IMG/VR virus record: IMGVR_UViG_3300023174_003433
Coordinates: 32,001 to 96,000 of that record
Length of the DNA stretch: 64,000 nt
DNA from: a virus
Direction: 5' to 3' (one strand)
A program made the position numbers and the translations under genes. Each line of letters opens with the position of its first letter. Within the stretch, counting starts at the first letter, position 1. Shown in pieces: positions 26,756 to 35,929 of this stretch. The notes under the pieces are model-generated. The model did no database searches, was not told the DNA's origin, and saw nothing but the letters and a program-made list of their open reading frames with translations.

Positions 26756-29700
26756 TTATCCTATTGCTGGTAGAGCGATTGCACGAATATCAGTTAAGAA
26801 CGGAACAGCAGTTTTATCTGATGTTGCAAGAACTACTTTAATTGCAAACTGACTAAATCTATTATATGTTTGTCCGTTAACTGTACTGGCGTAAGAAACA
26901 TAATTCTGAGCAGTTCCTCCAGAACCAGGAGCAGCAACATACTCGTACAAATTGTTTCTGTTTTCAGAAAACTTAGAATCGCCACTATTAATTAAAGTCA
27001 TTAACTGCCAGTTACCATCATCAAATAATTGTGTATCGGTTCTTGAAAGAATCTTGTAGTAAACATAGATATTTGTATTAACTGGACGATATGCGGTAAA
27101 GTATACACGTAAATCGCCAGAATCAAATCCTTGGTCCAATACAACTTTTTTGGTAATATATTTGGCAAGACCATTACCACCAGATTTAGAAGTTTCACCG
27201 GCAATCGTAATGATAGCATTTGCATTTCCTGTCAACCGAGTGTTTCCTGTTGATTCAGAAAGTGTAATTGTTGGTGTTGTTGCATAACCAGAACCACCAG
27301 AGGTAATGAAAATACTAGTAATATTACCTTGTGCTGAAACATTAGCTACAGCTACTGCACCCGAACCAAAACCATTTGCAGCAGTAACGGTAACCAATAG
27401 TGTATTGGCGTTATAACCACCACCAGTATTGGCAACAGAAATCATTGAATTAGAGATTCCAAGATTATTAATATTCCAACGAATTGTATACACACTTAAA
27501 CCATCATCAGAAATCATTGGTGACACGGCATCATCTGCGGTACTCATTACTGCATACAATGAGAACGATGTATTAGAATCGGCAACAAGTACACGTTCAC
27601 CATATCCATCATTTAAATAAATGTCATCATACGTTGGTGTACCAAATTTACCTGGAGTTATTCCGGTTGTTGCTGCAGCTGTAAATGAACTATTCAATGT
27701 AGCACTATAAGTGTAATTTAATGTTGTATCGCCGGGCAAGAAATCAGTTGTTGAGATATTCAATGCGTGAATTGGAACATTTGTATTTGCCGAAGTAACA
27801 ATCTTATTAGATGTTGTATTAGGATTCAAATAATAGTTAATATCATCTTCAACAACTTTTCTGTATGGTAATCTATTAGGTACAACAAACTGTAATGTTG
27901 GAGTTACTGTTTTAGAGAATACGCAACGATTCATTACAAACATCATTGCTTCATTTTGGTCAGCAGTCCATGTTTGTAGATTTTGAGAAACAAACAGAGA
28001 ACCAACATATGGTGCTGAATTAATCTTAGTTACTGTAGTTGGTGTTGTGTCTGTTGGCAAATTCTTAGTAGAAGATGCAATTGCAGTATCACCAAGTTGA
28101 GCAGTATAGATTGAATACTCATTTGATGTTGGGCAACGAACAATAAATGCATACAACTTGTTGGATTCCAAATATACAGGAGCAGGGAACTTAAACAATG
28201 TGTATGTTGTAGGATCCAAATAATGTGGTTCTGCTGTAGGTTCATTAATATGTTCAGAAGTCAAAGTTACTTGTGAATTATCTAAAGTTTCACCATTTGG
28301 ATAACCATTAGTAGTGCCAACAATTGACAATGTTACTGGTGCAAAACCTGTTGTTGGCTTAGTTGCAAAAAACAATTTAACAGAATCAATGAATACACCG
28401 TTAGGATAATTTTCTTTATCAACAATAAACGTTTGTGCAACAGGATCCCAAACTACAGTATATGTGTATGAGCTTGTATTTTCTCTTGTTGCTGTGCTAA
28501 CAAATGTATTCTTTGCAGCATCAATAGAAGAAGCATAATTTAGACCTTGTTTTGTTGCTTGTAATCCTGAAGCAAAGAATGTTGCCTTAGAATATGTTGT
28601 TGCACTATCTAAATTGTTATTGATACTATTATCAATTCTAAATGTTCTTTCACCTGTATTAAATGTGCCACCAGGTATAGAGAACACACCAGAAACCATA
28701 CCAACTTCATTGGTCTTTAATGAACCAATAGAGTAAATATCACCATTGGCTGCTGTGATAGAACTACCTAATGTGGCCAACTTAGTGGTGCCATTGTATG
28801 AGGTGATATTGGCAGATTGACCAACACCTGTTCCGTTAATTACATACAATGTATTGCCAGCATAGAAGTTGGTTGTATTTGAAGCAAGAGGTGATAATGT
28901 AAGTGTAGTAGTTGTATTGGCATTGGTAATTAAACCACCCAAATGAGTATAGGTACTAATTACACCACTTGCCGTTGTTGTTTGATATTGACCAGATGTG
29001 TTAAACTGTGCATTACGGACTGAAGCTCCAGTATTAAAATTCGCATTAACAATATCACCAATTACATATAAACGTACATTGGTTGTTCCTGAATAGCTGT
29101 AATATGAGAGAACTTTTGCAATTGGTGTAAAATTACCACCAGCAAAATAACCAATGATATCACCATCTTGGAATTCACCAGAAACATTAGTTAATTCTAA
29201 TACGTTTGGTTTACGAATATACTTATTAACTTGTACGTTGTCAAAATAAGCATTAACAGAAGTGTTAATTAACATGCCATACGAATTAAAGAATACAAAT
29301 TGTTGACGAATGTAAGGAAGAATACTAACGTCTTGTACATATCCAGAAGTTTCAACATAACTAGAATTTAACTTGTCATAGTTACCTAAAATAGTTTGTT
29401 GTTGTTCTTGGATATAATTTGTCACCCGATTGGTGAACCAGTTTCTACCAGAACCAATTGTAGCAACCGTTGTTGTTGCAACAGTAGTTTTCCAATCACC
29501 CACTTGTAACACATTAACTTGGTCGCTTGCACGATATACTTGTAAGTTAGGATCAACAATTAATAAATCAGGAGATTTTTGTGTATCTACCCAATTGTCC
29601 ATTGGAGGACTTAAAGTTGTTATACCTTCTTTGAGAGCCACAGCAAAAGGATTTAAATTGACTGTGCGGGAGGCAATTGGCTGTGTAACAACATTCGATG

Positions 29701-32700
29701 TTGTGTATGGTAATGTATAGAAATTAGAAGAACCAGATTTAGAAATCTTGTAGTTCAAATTGTTTGCACTTGTTGAATCTATCTGACCCATGTTATATAC
29801 AAGTGATAACGACTGTAACGGGAAATTAGAAACATTCTGTGATGCTGTCATCTGTTTTGTTCTACGATTGACAGTAATCAAATAATCATTATTATTTGTA
29901 TCTGATGTTGAGTAACCAGAGAAGTCATCAACTAAAATACCATTTTTGAAACGATTTAAACCATTAGTATCAGGAATCTGTAATGCGGCTGCATTTTTCT
30001 CTAAGAGATTTAATGCTGTATAGTATTCAAGATTGTTTACTCGGCTTTCTAAACCAGTAATATCACTCATTAACCAACGTTTATGTTTCACTTTCTCAAC
30101 AGAAAGATTTGGTAAAATACCAGTAGTTACTTCACTTGGAATATAAGCTGTGTATGGATCGTGGAATAGATTTGCAACAACCAATGCACCATCTGGTTCT
30201 GCCGGCAGTAAAGGATTATCAGAAGGTGTTCCTTGAATGATTTCAAATGCACGGTCTTTACTTAATACTAATTTGTCGTAACGTCCCAAATAATTGGAAT
30301 AATCAGAAACAAATGTACTTAAATCGACAGGCATATAGGCACCAGCAGCACCAGAGCCAGAACCACTAGTTCTAATTGTAAAGTTTGCTTGAGCATTAAT
30401 AAGTGCTGGTCTAAAATCTAAAGCATCTCGTAGTTGATATGTTGTGCCTGAAGTACTTGTGTAACTTGGTATCTCTGCATAATTTTCTGGTAAAGAAGAA
30501 ACTGGAGACAAATATGAACCAACAGAATAATAACCATCACCACCAGTTGTTTCATAATAATCTAACAACACCAACATATTACCTTGTATTGGTGTTTGAC
30601 CAATTTTTAAAGTAAGTGTTGCAAAATCATAATATGAATCTCTTTGGCCGTTATCAAACAAGAAACGGTTTGTAACATCAAAAGAAGGATTCGTCAACAT
30701 TGCATCTGTGGGCACAGTTGCCGGCGCACCAGTATCAATAATTTTACGAATTCGTTTTACATCAGTAATATATAATTTTTGTGGCTGTCCCGCAGAAACT
30801 AAACCAGAATTTTGTACATATACTTGTCCATTTGTTAAATCAACTTTGGTAAAAGTTGCAACAGTTGTACCGGTATAATTTACGTTTGCTGTATTTGCCG
30901 TTTTGAGATTTTTGGCTTTTAACACATAACTGGTATCATTACCATTTCGTACATATGCTTTGGCAATAATGGTGGCCGTAAACGCACCTAGGTCGCTTGT
31001 TGGAGTTGTGAAGGTCGCAGTTGATCCGCTACCTGAAATCGTTACGGTGCGACTTCCTGTCGTCCAAGGCAGGCATTGGCCGGCTCTCAGACCACTGGAT
31101 TGTGGATTGGTAACGATAATTTGAAAGTTTTGAGTAACCGAATCTGCTGAAAGTGCTCCGTTACCAAATGGGAAAGATAAAGTGGCAACTGGTGCGGCAC
31201 CAAATGTTAAAGCGGCAGAAATATTAGCACCAGAAACAGTAAATGCCACATTTCTAAACACCTGAACGGTATTATAAGAAGTATCTGTTACGGTGCTTAC
31301 ATAACGATTACCCAAATTGAATAATAATTCAGGATTGTTTTGATTTTGTAATACTGTATCACCAGTGGAAATATTACCAACTTTACTTGAATTATCAATT
31401 GCAGCGTTTGCCGTAATTGTGTATGGTGTTCCTGGAGTATCTACAATGATAGATTCATAATCAGTAACATCAAAACGTAATGTAAATACTGATGTCGTAT
31501 CTGGTGCAACAGTAAATGGCCGGTCAACAAAAGCAACTCTTGTTGCTCCACCTGGAACATAAGATGTAATTGTTCTAAAATCACCAGCAGATGTGCCTCG
31601 GTCAATACTAATTGTTACGTTATAGTAAGCATTGGCATTGGCAGAAAATTGTGCTGTACTTGGTATTGTAATAAATGTATTATTGGCGGAACTGGCTGAT
31701 GCATTTGCTGATAACGCTTGATTCTGTAATCCAAACACATATGCTTTGTAAATATAAGCATCACCATTAGAAGTGTTTGATGTGCTAGAAAATATTAAAT
31801 TGCGAATATAACCTGTACCTGCCAATGTTGAGTTATATGTAGTTACGTTTGCTGTATTAACATTTGCTTTAACTACACTATGAAAATCAACTGCCGGTAA
31901 TGTGGATACATCAAACACACCATTGGCAGAATTAACATAGAAATAATTGCCATAATCAATATATGTTGGATTATTATTTGCAGCTGATGTTGTTCTTGCA
32001 CGGTCATTGGTTAAAGTAACATCGCTTTGAGTTTCTAAACGATAACCACGAACATAGGAAATACCTTTTGAAATACCTAAATTATATTTTGCAGAGTTAA
32101 TTGTATTTGCTTTAGGTGTCAATGTGTAATCTTTGACAATAAAATCACCATTTGTATCACTAGTACGTTTTGCAATGTAATCATCGATTGTTGAGTAAAC
32201 GGTTTCATTGACTTGTTTAAGTATTGAACCATTTTCTAAACGAACTAATTCAATAAAATCATTGTCATTACCCAAATCTAATGGACGTGTTTCTAGTGAT
32301 AATGTAATTTTATATCGGTCGGCACCAGGTGCCTGATAGTTGGAAGCATTTAACGCTGGATCCAATAAACTAGAATCGTCTGTATAATTGTAAATACTTT
32401 CAGTTGCATTTAAACCAACACGTAATGATGGTGTTGAACTATATTTTTCTAAAGGAATAGTTGTTTCTGATACAGTAACAAAGTTACCTTTGACATAGAA
32501 AATACCATCAGAGATAGAAGCGACAGAACTTAAACCTGTTGCAAAATTGGTAACTGTTTCTGTTATTAATGTTGCTGTGTAGTTTGAATCTACAAGATAA
32601 ATTGTATCACCACTTACAAAACGAGAACCTGTAATATAAGATACAATTAATGTGGGTGAATCGCCAGCTGCACCGGAACTAGTTGTTGTTGCTTCAGCTG

Positions 32701-33040
32701 CATAAACTACTTTAGCAACAACACTTGAATCTGCATTTGTAATTGTTCCGTCAGCAAAATCTTCAGCAGAAATTGTTGTTGAACCTACAGTAGTGTTTAA
32801 TTTTAGATAATATACATTTTGGTTTACTGTGACTTTACCACCAGAGATTGGTGTGTTTTGAGCAAAAATAGCATCAGCAAAACTAGTAATTTGATTTTGA
32901 AGAATAGTTTGTGATTGAGTTAATTCACGAGCTTGTACGGCAAATCCAGGTTTAAATAATATTCTGTGATAATTTTTAGCCGCATCAAAATTATCATAAT
33001 AAGGATCTACGTTAAAGTCGCCGGTAAAATTGGTTGCCAT
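26756..33040 (-). CDS. Large baseplate-associated structural protein (DUF4815/VrlC-like)
   Basis: FNVDPYYDNFD..KNYHRILFKPGFAVQARELTQSQTILQNQ, APGADR, FDNGQRD, RFKNGILVDDF, DPVAQTF. Confidence 0.88.
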   Translation of the reverse strand: MATNFTGDFNVDPYYDNFDAAKNYHRILFKPGFAVQARELTQSQTILQNQITSFADAIFAQNTPISGGKVTVNQNVYYLKLNTTVGSTTISAEDFADGTITNADSSVVAKVVYAAEATTTSSGAAGDSPTLIVSYITGSRFVSGDTIYLVDSNYTATLITETVTNFATGLSSVASISDGIFYVKGNFVTVSETTIPLEKYSSTPSLRVGLNATESIYNYTDDSSLLDPALNASNYQAPGADRYKITLSLETRPLDLGNDNDFIELVRLENGSILKQVNETVYSTIDDYIAKRTSDTNGDFIVKDYTLTPKANTINSAKYNLGISKGISYVRGYRLETQSDVTLTNDRARTTSAANNNPTYIDYGNYFYVNSANGVFDVSTLPAVDFHSVVKANVNTANVTTYNSTLAGTGYIRNLIFSSTSNTSNGDAYIYKAYVFGLQNQALSANASASSANNTFITIPSTAQFSANANAYYNVTISIDRGTSAGDFRTITSYVPGGATRVAFVDRPFTVAPDTTSVFTLRFDVTDYESIIVDTPGTPYTITANAAIDNSSKVGNISTGDTVLQNQNNPELLFNLGNRYVSTVTDTSYNTVQVFRNVAFTVSGANISAALTFGAAPVATLSFPFGNGALSADSVTQNFQIIVTNPQSSGLRAGQCLPWTTGSRTVTISGSGSTATFTTPTSDLGAFTATIIAKAYVRNGNDTSYVLKAKNLKTANTANVNYTGTTVATFTKVDLTNGQVYVQNSGLVSAGQPQKLYITDVKRIRKIIDTGAPATVPTDAMLTNPSFDVTNRFLFDNGQRDSYYDFATLTLKIGQTPIQGNMLVLLDYYETTGGDGYYSVGSYLSPVSSLPENYAEIPSYTSTSGTTYQLRDALDFRPALINAQANFTIRTSGSGSGAAGAYMPVDLSTFVSDYSNYLGRYDKLVLSKDRAFEIIQGTPSDNPLLPAEPDGALVVANLFHDPYTAYIPSEVTTGILPNLSVEKVKHKRWLMSDITGLESRVNNLEYYTALNLLEKNAAALQIPDTNGLNRFKNGILVDDFSGYSTSDTNNNDYLITVNRRTKQMTASQNVSNFPLQSLSLVYNMGQIDSTSANNLNYKISKSGSSNFYTLPYTTSNVVTQPIASRTVNLNPFAVALKEGITTLSPPMDNWVDTQKSPDLLIVDPNLQVYRASDQVNVLQVGDWKTTVATTTVATIGSGRNWFTNRVTNYIQEQQQTILGNYDKLNSSYVETSGYVQDVSILPYIRQQFVFFNSYGMLINTSVNAYFDNVQVNKYIRKPNVLELTNVSGEFQDGDIIGYFAGGNFTPIAKVLSYYSYSGTTNVRLYVIGDIVNANFNTGASVRNAQFNTSGQYQTTTASGVISTYTHLGGLITNANTTTTLTLSPLASNTTNFYAGNTLYVINGTGVGQSANITSYNGTTKLATLGSSITAANGDIYSIGSLKTNEVGMVSGVFSIPGGTFNTGERTFRIDNSINNNLDSATTYSKATFFASGLQATKQGLNYASSIDAAKNTFVSTATRENTSSYTYTVVWDPVAQTFIVDKENYPNGVFIDSVKLFFATKPTTGFAPVTLSIVGTTNGYPNGETLDNSQVTLTSEHINEPTAEPHYLDPTTYTLFKFPAPVYLESNKLYAFIVRCPTSNEYSIYTAQLGDTAIASSTKNLPTDTTPTTVTKINSAPYVGSLFVSQNLQTWTADQNEAMMFVMNRCVFSKTVTPTLQFVVPNRLPYRKVVEDDINYYLNPNTTSNKIVTSANTNVPIHALNISTTDFLPGDTTLNYTYSATLNSSFTAAATTGITPGKFGTPTYDDIYLNDGYGERVLVADSNTSFSLYAVMSTADDAVSPMISDDGLSVYTIRWNINNLGISNSMISVANTGGGYNANTLLVTVTAANGFGSGAVAVANVSAQGNITSIFITSGGSGYATTPTITLSESTGNTRLTGNANAIITIAGETSKSGGNGLAKYITKKVVLDQGFDSGDLRVYFTAYRPVNTNIYVYYKILSRTDTQLFDDGNWQLMTLINSGDSKFSENRNNLYEYVAAPGSGGTAQNYVSYASTVNGQTYNRFSQFAIKVVLATSDKTAVPFLTDIRAIALPAIG

Positions 33041-33055
33041 TTTTTCTTTCCAAAA

Positions 33056-34456
33056 TTAAAATCTTAACACTAAACGGAATTGTTCTGTGCCATCAGGACT
33101 TCTTTGAATTGCCGTTCTATTTTCTATATATGTCATGTATCCAGAGTATAAAATAAATTCTGAATCGGATGTGGCCAATAACGTCCTAACAGCTACGTTT
33201 ACAGCACCACTCGCATCTTGAATAAGAGCATCGTTTATAGTTGGTGTTCCATTTGTATTTATGACACTCAAAAGATTGTTTGTGGCATCAAAACTAACAA
33301 CTTGAGCTGTAAATGTTGCTGAGGTTAAACTTGGTCCTTGATAAATTGTTTGACCACTAACAAATAAACCTGTTCCAGGAGAAACAGTAAACTGTTTTGT
33401 GGTGTTAAAAATATCTTCAAAAGTATAAGCAGGTGTACTTTGTTGTGATGATGGATCCAATATTAAACCTATTTGATAATAGGTAATGTCTGTTGGAATA
33501 GTTCCGTTCTCATCTTCAATAAATTCTACAGTTATCATCACATTGTTACAGCCTAAGTCCGAAATTGGATCAAGTCCGTGGCCACCAACAGGAGAAACAG
33601 GAGTTATTGCAACGGCCGTTACGTTTGCTGCCGGATAACCTGCAGCTGGCGTTATAACTGTGTTTGCGTAAGTATAACCTGAACCAACACTTGTCATTAT
33701 CATATCAGTCAAATAACCTGCTGCATTAATAACTGGAGAACCGTTTGCACCAGTTCCATCGCCAGTTATAACAACATCTACTCCACCAGATTGATATCCT
33801 TGGCCAACTGTTGTAATGTTAATCACATCTATTTGTCCTTCAGCTACAGAATTTAATGTAGGATTAGGTACATTAAATCCTACCGGAACAGGCATCCAAT
33901 TTTCATCCAAAAATTTTTGTTTTATACCAGCGTCAATTGAATATATGAATTTCCATTTGTATCCATCAGCTGTTTGTACCAAAAAAGTTGAATCAAACGT
34001 TCCTGGAGATAGTTGAGGTTCAACAGTTGATGCTGCACCTCGATTATTCCATAGACAAATAAACACTTGGTCATATCTATTTTTAATATAGAAATTTTTA
34101 GAGACCAAATTATTTGCATCTACAGCAAACATATTTACTCTGTCATCATAATAGTCATAAACTGTACCTGTAGCCCAATTCCTTCTTGGTACAACAGGTG
34201 CAATATCTGAAGATATTATTTTTTTCACAGCAATAATGTTTTTAAATGTGTCTTTAATTGCAATTTGACTTTGTTCTGGTGCCGGAGGATTAAAAGGATC
34301 AGGCCAAGGAGTTACTCTACCGATAAAAGCATATAAACTATTAGGCACATCAACAAATTCTGAAGCAGTTGATGAAGGTGCAAAATAGTATTGTAATACC
34401 TCATACAACTTACTAGAGTATGTTAGTAGTGACGAATTGGCGGTTAAAACTGGCAT
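33056..34456 (-). CDS. gp8: Baseplate wedge subunit gp8
   Basis: YAFIGR..PW, VVPRRNW..GTVYD.Y, TADGYKWKFIY, GGHG.D, YIENR..I.RS. Confidence 0.88.
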   Translation of the reverse strand: MPVLTANSSLLTYSSKLYEVLQYYFAPSSTASEFVDVPNSLYAFIGRVTPWPDPFNPPAPEQSQIAIKDTFKNIIAVKKIISSDIAPVVPRRNWATGTVYDYYDDRVNMFAVDANNLVSKNFYIKNRYDQVFICLWNNRGAASTVEPQLSPGTFDSTFLVQTADGYKWKFIYSIDAGIKQKFLDENWMPVPVGFNVPNPTLNSVAEGQIDVINITTVGQGYQSGGVDVVITGDGTGANGSPVINAAGYLTDMIMTSVGSGYTYANTVITPAAGYPAANVTAVAITPVSPVGGHGLDPISDLGCNNVMITVEFIEDENGTIPTDITYYQIGLILDPSSQQSTPAYTFEDIFNTTKQFTVSPGTGLFVSGQTIYQGPSLTSATFTAQVVSFDATNNLLSVINTNGTPTINDALIQDASGAVNVAVRTLLATSDSEFILYSGYMTYIENRTAIQRSPDGTEQFRLVLRF

Positions 34457-34471
34457 TATATGATCCTATTA

Positions 34472-35926
34472 TTATTTTGTAATAGCCACAAAAGTATTTG
34501 CTAATGTTCCATCCATACACCAGTATCTTGCAAAAATAGTTGATGTTCCTGGAATTGCGTATGTGGTCGAACTAACTGTTGAATTAATTGCAGAACATCC
34601 GTGAGTGAATGTTTGATTGGTGCCAGTAGTATTAGTAACCCAAGCTTCAACTGTTTTACCTACAACAAAACTTGAGAGTGTTACAACCAAATTGGCTGAA
34701 GTCTGAGCCCGAACAACCGAGTCGTCTGCAAAGTTTATGGTAATTGCCGTCTGAGCATTTGGATATATGTTTGGTGTATAAATGAATCCTTTTCTTGGTG
34801 ACACAGTATTAGTAATTGTTACGTTGCCAGTTACGGTTAAATCACCAGCAAATGTTCCTGTTGTATTGGCTAAAGCATTATTGGCTTTAACAAAAGCATT
34901 ATTAGCAGTATTATAAGCACTTTGCATCTTACCATCTGTCGATGAAATTGCCGTGTTTTGAGAAAGGTCAACATTTTCAATAACAGTTAATCTGGTGTTT
35001 TGAGTGACATCCGTACCTTCAATTACAGTAAGTCTGGTATTTTGTGTAGTATCAGTACCTTCTATGATGATCATTCTATTATTTTGGCTAAAATTAGCAC
35101 CTTCAATTGCACTTATTCTGTTATTTTGTGTACTATCTACTCCCTCAATAATCAATGTACGTGCATTTTGTGCTACGTCAGTACCTTCAATAATAGTCAA
35201 TCTGGTGTTTTGAGTAACATCTACACCTTGAGTTATAAATGTATTTGCAGACGATGTATTGGCCACATTAAATGCGGCTTGAGATAAAACGGAAGTGTTA
35301 TTGGCTAATGTAAAGGCGGCCTGAGAATAATTTACTGGACTAGCGGCAACAGATTGTATAGAACCGTCACCAAATTTAATATTATAATTGGCAGACAATT
35401 GTAAATCAGTTTTGGTCATACGAGCTACAATATTATTAGTAACTGTGCCGCCAACAATATAAACAATGTTTGCAAAAGAAGATGCGGTACCAATAACTAA
35501 ATTACCCGAAGCACTTAATGCTGACGGACCATAAGAATACAAATAACCATCATATGGCCTCATTGCAGTATAAATTGAGTTATTAAATGTTGACCCATTA
35601 ATACCCATATTAATATACTTGTTTGAATTGTTTGAATCACTTGTTGTTGCTATATAGTCAGAAGAACCATTGGAATTAAAGTTCTGATTATTGATTTGCA
35701 AACGAGTATTAGAATTACCTGAAAATTGGCCAATAGTATTTGAAAATAAAATTCGATTGTTGCCAACTTTTAATGGTTGAAAGGCGTAGAGTCCTTCACC
35801 CAAAGTAATTAAATTTGCTTTTCCTGTAGTTCCAGTAGTGAGATCCACACCAACAAATAGAGTTGCCCCTGTATTGGTACTGAAATTACTTATTTCTGGT
35901 AGTTGTGATATTTTTACTGTTGGCAT
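34472..35926 (-). CDS. Baseplate-associated fibre protein with short heptad stalk
   Basis: VKISQLP N-terminal motif; IIEGTDxxQNxRL units shared with the other fibres. Confidence 0.6.
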   Translation of the reverse strand: MPTVKISQLPEISNFSTNTGATLFVGVDLTTGTTGKANLITLGEGLYAFQPLKVGNNRILFSNTIGQFSGNSNTRLQINNQNFNSNGSSDYIATTSDSNNSNKYINMGINGSTFNNSIYTAMRPYDGYLYSYGPSALSASGNLVIGTASSFANIVYIVGGTVTNNIVARMTKTDLQLSANYNIKFGDGSIQSVAASPVNYSQAAFTLANNTSVLSQAAFNVANTSSANTFITQGVDVTQNTRLTIIEGTDVAQNARTLIIEGVDSTQNNRISAIEGANFSQNNRMIIIEGTDTTQNTRLTVIEGTDVTQNTRLTVIENVDLSQNTAISSTDGKMQSAYNTANNAFVKANNALANTTGTFAGDLTVTGNVTITNTVSPRKGFIYTPNIYPNAQTAITINFADDSVVRAQTSANLVVTLSSFVVGKTVEAWVTNTTGTNQTFTHGCSAINSTVSSTTYAIPGTSTIFARYWCMDGTLANTFVAITK

Positions 35927-35929
35927 TTT

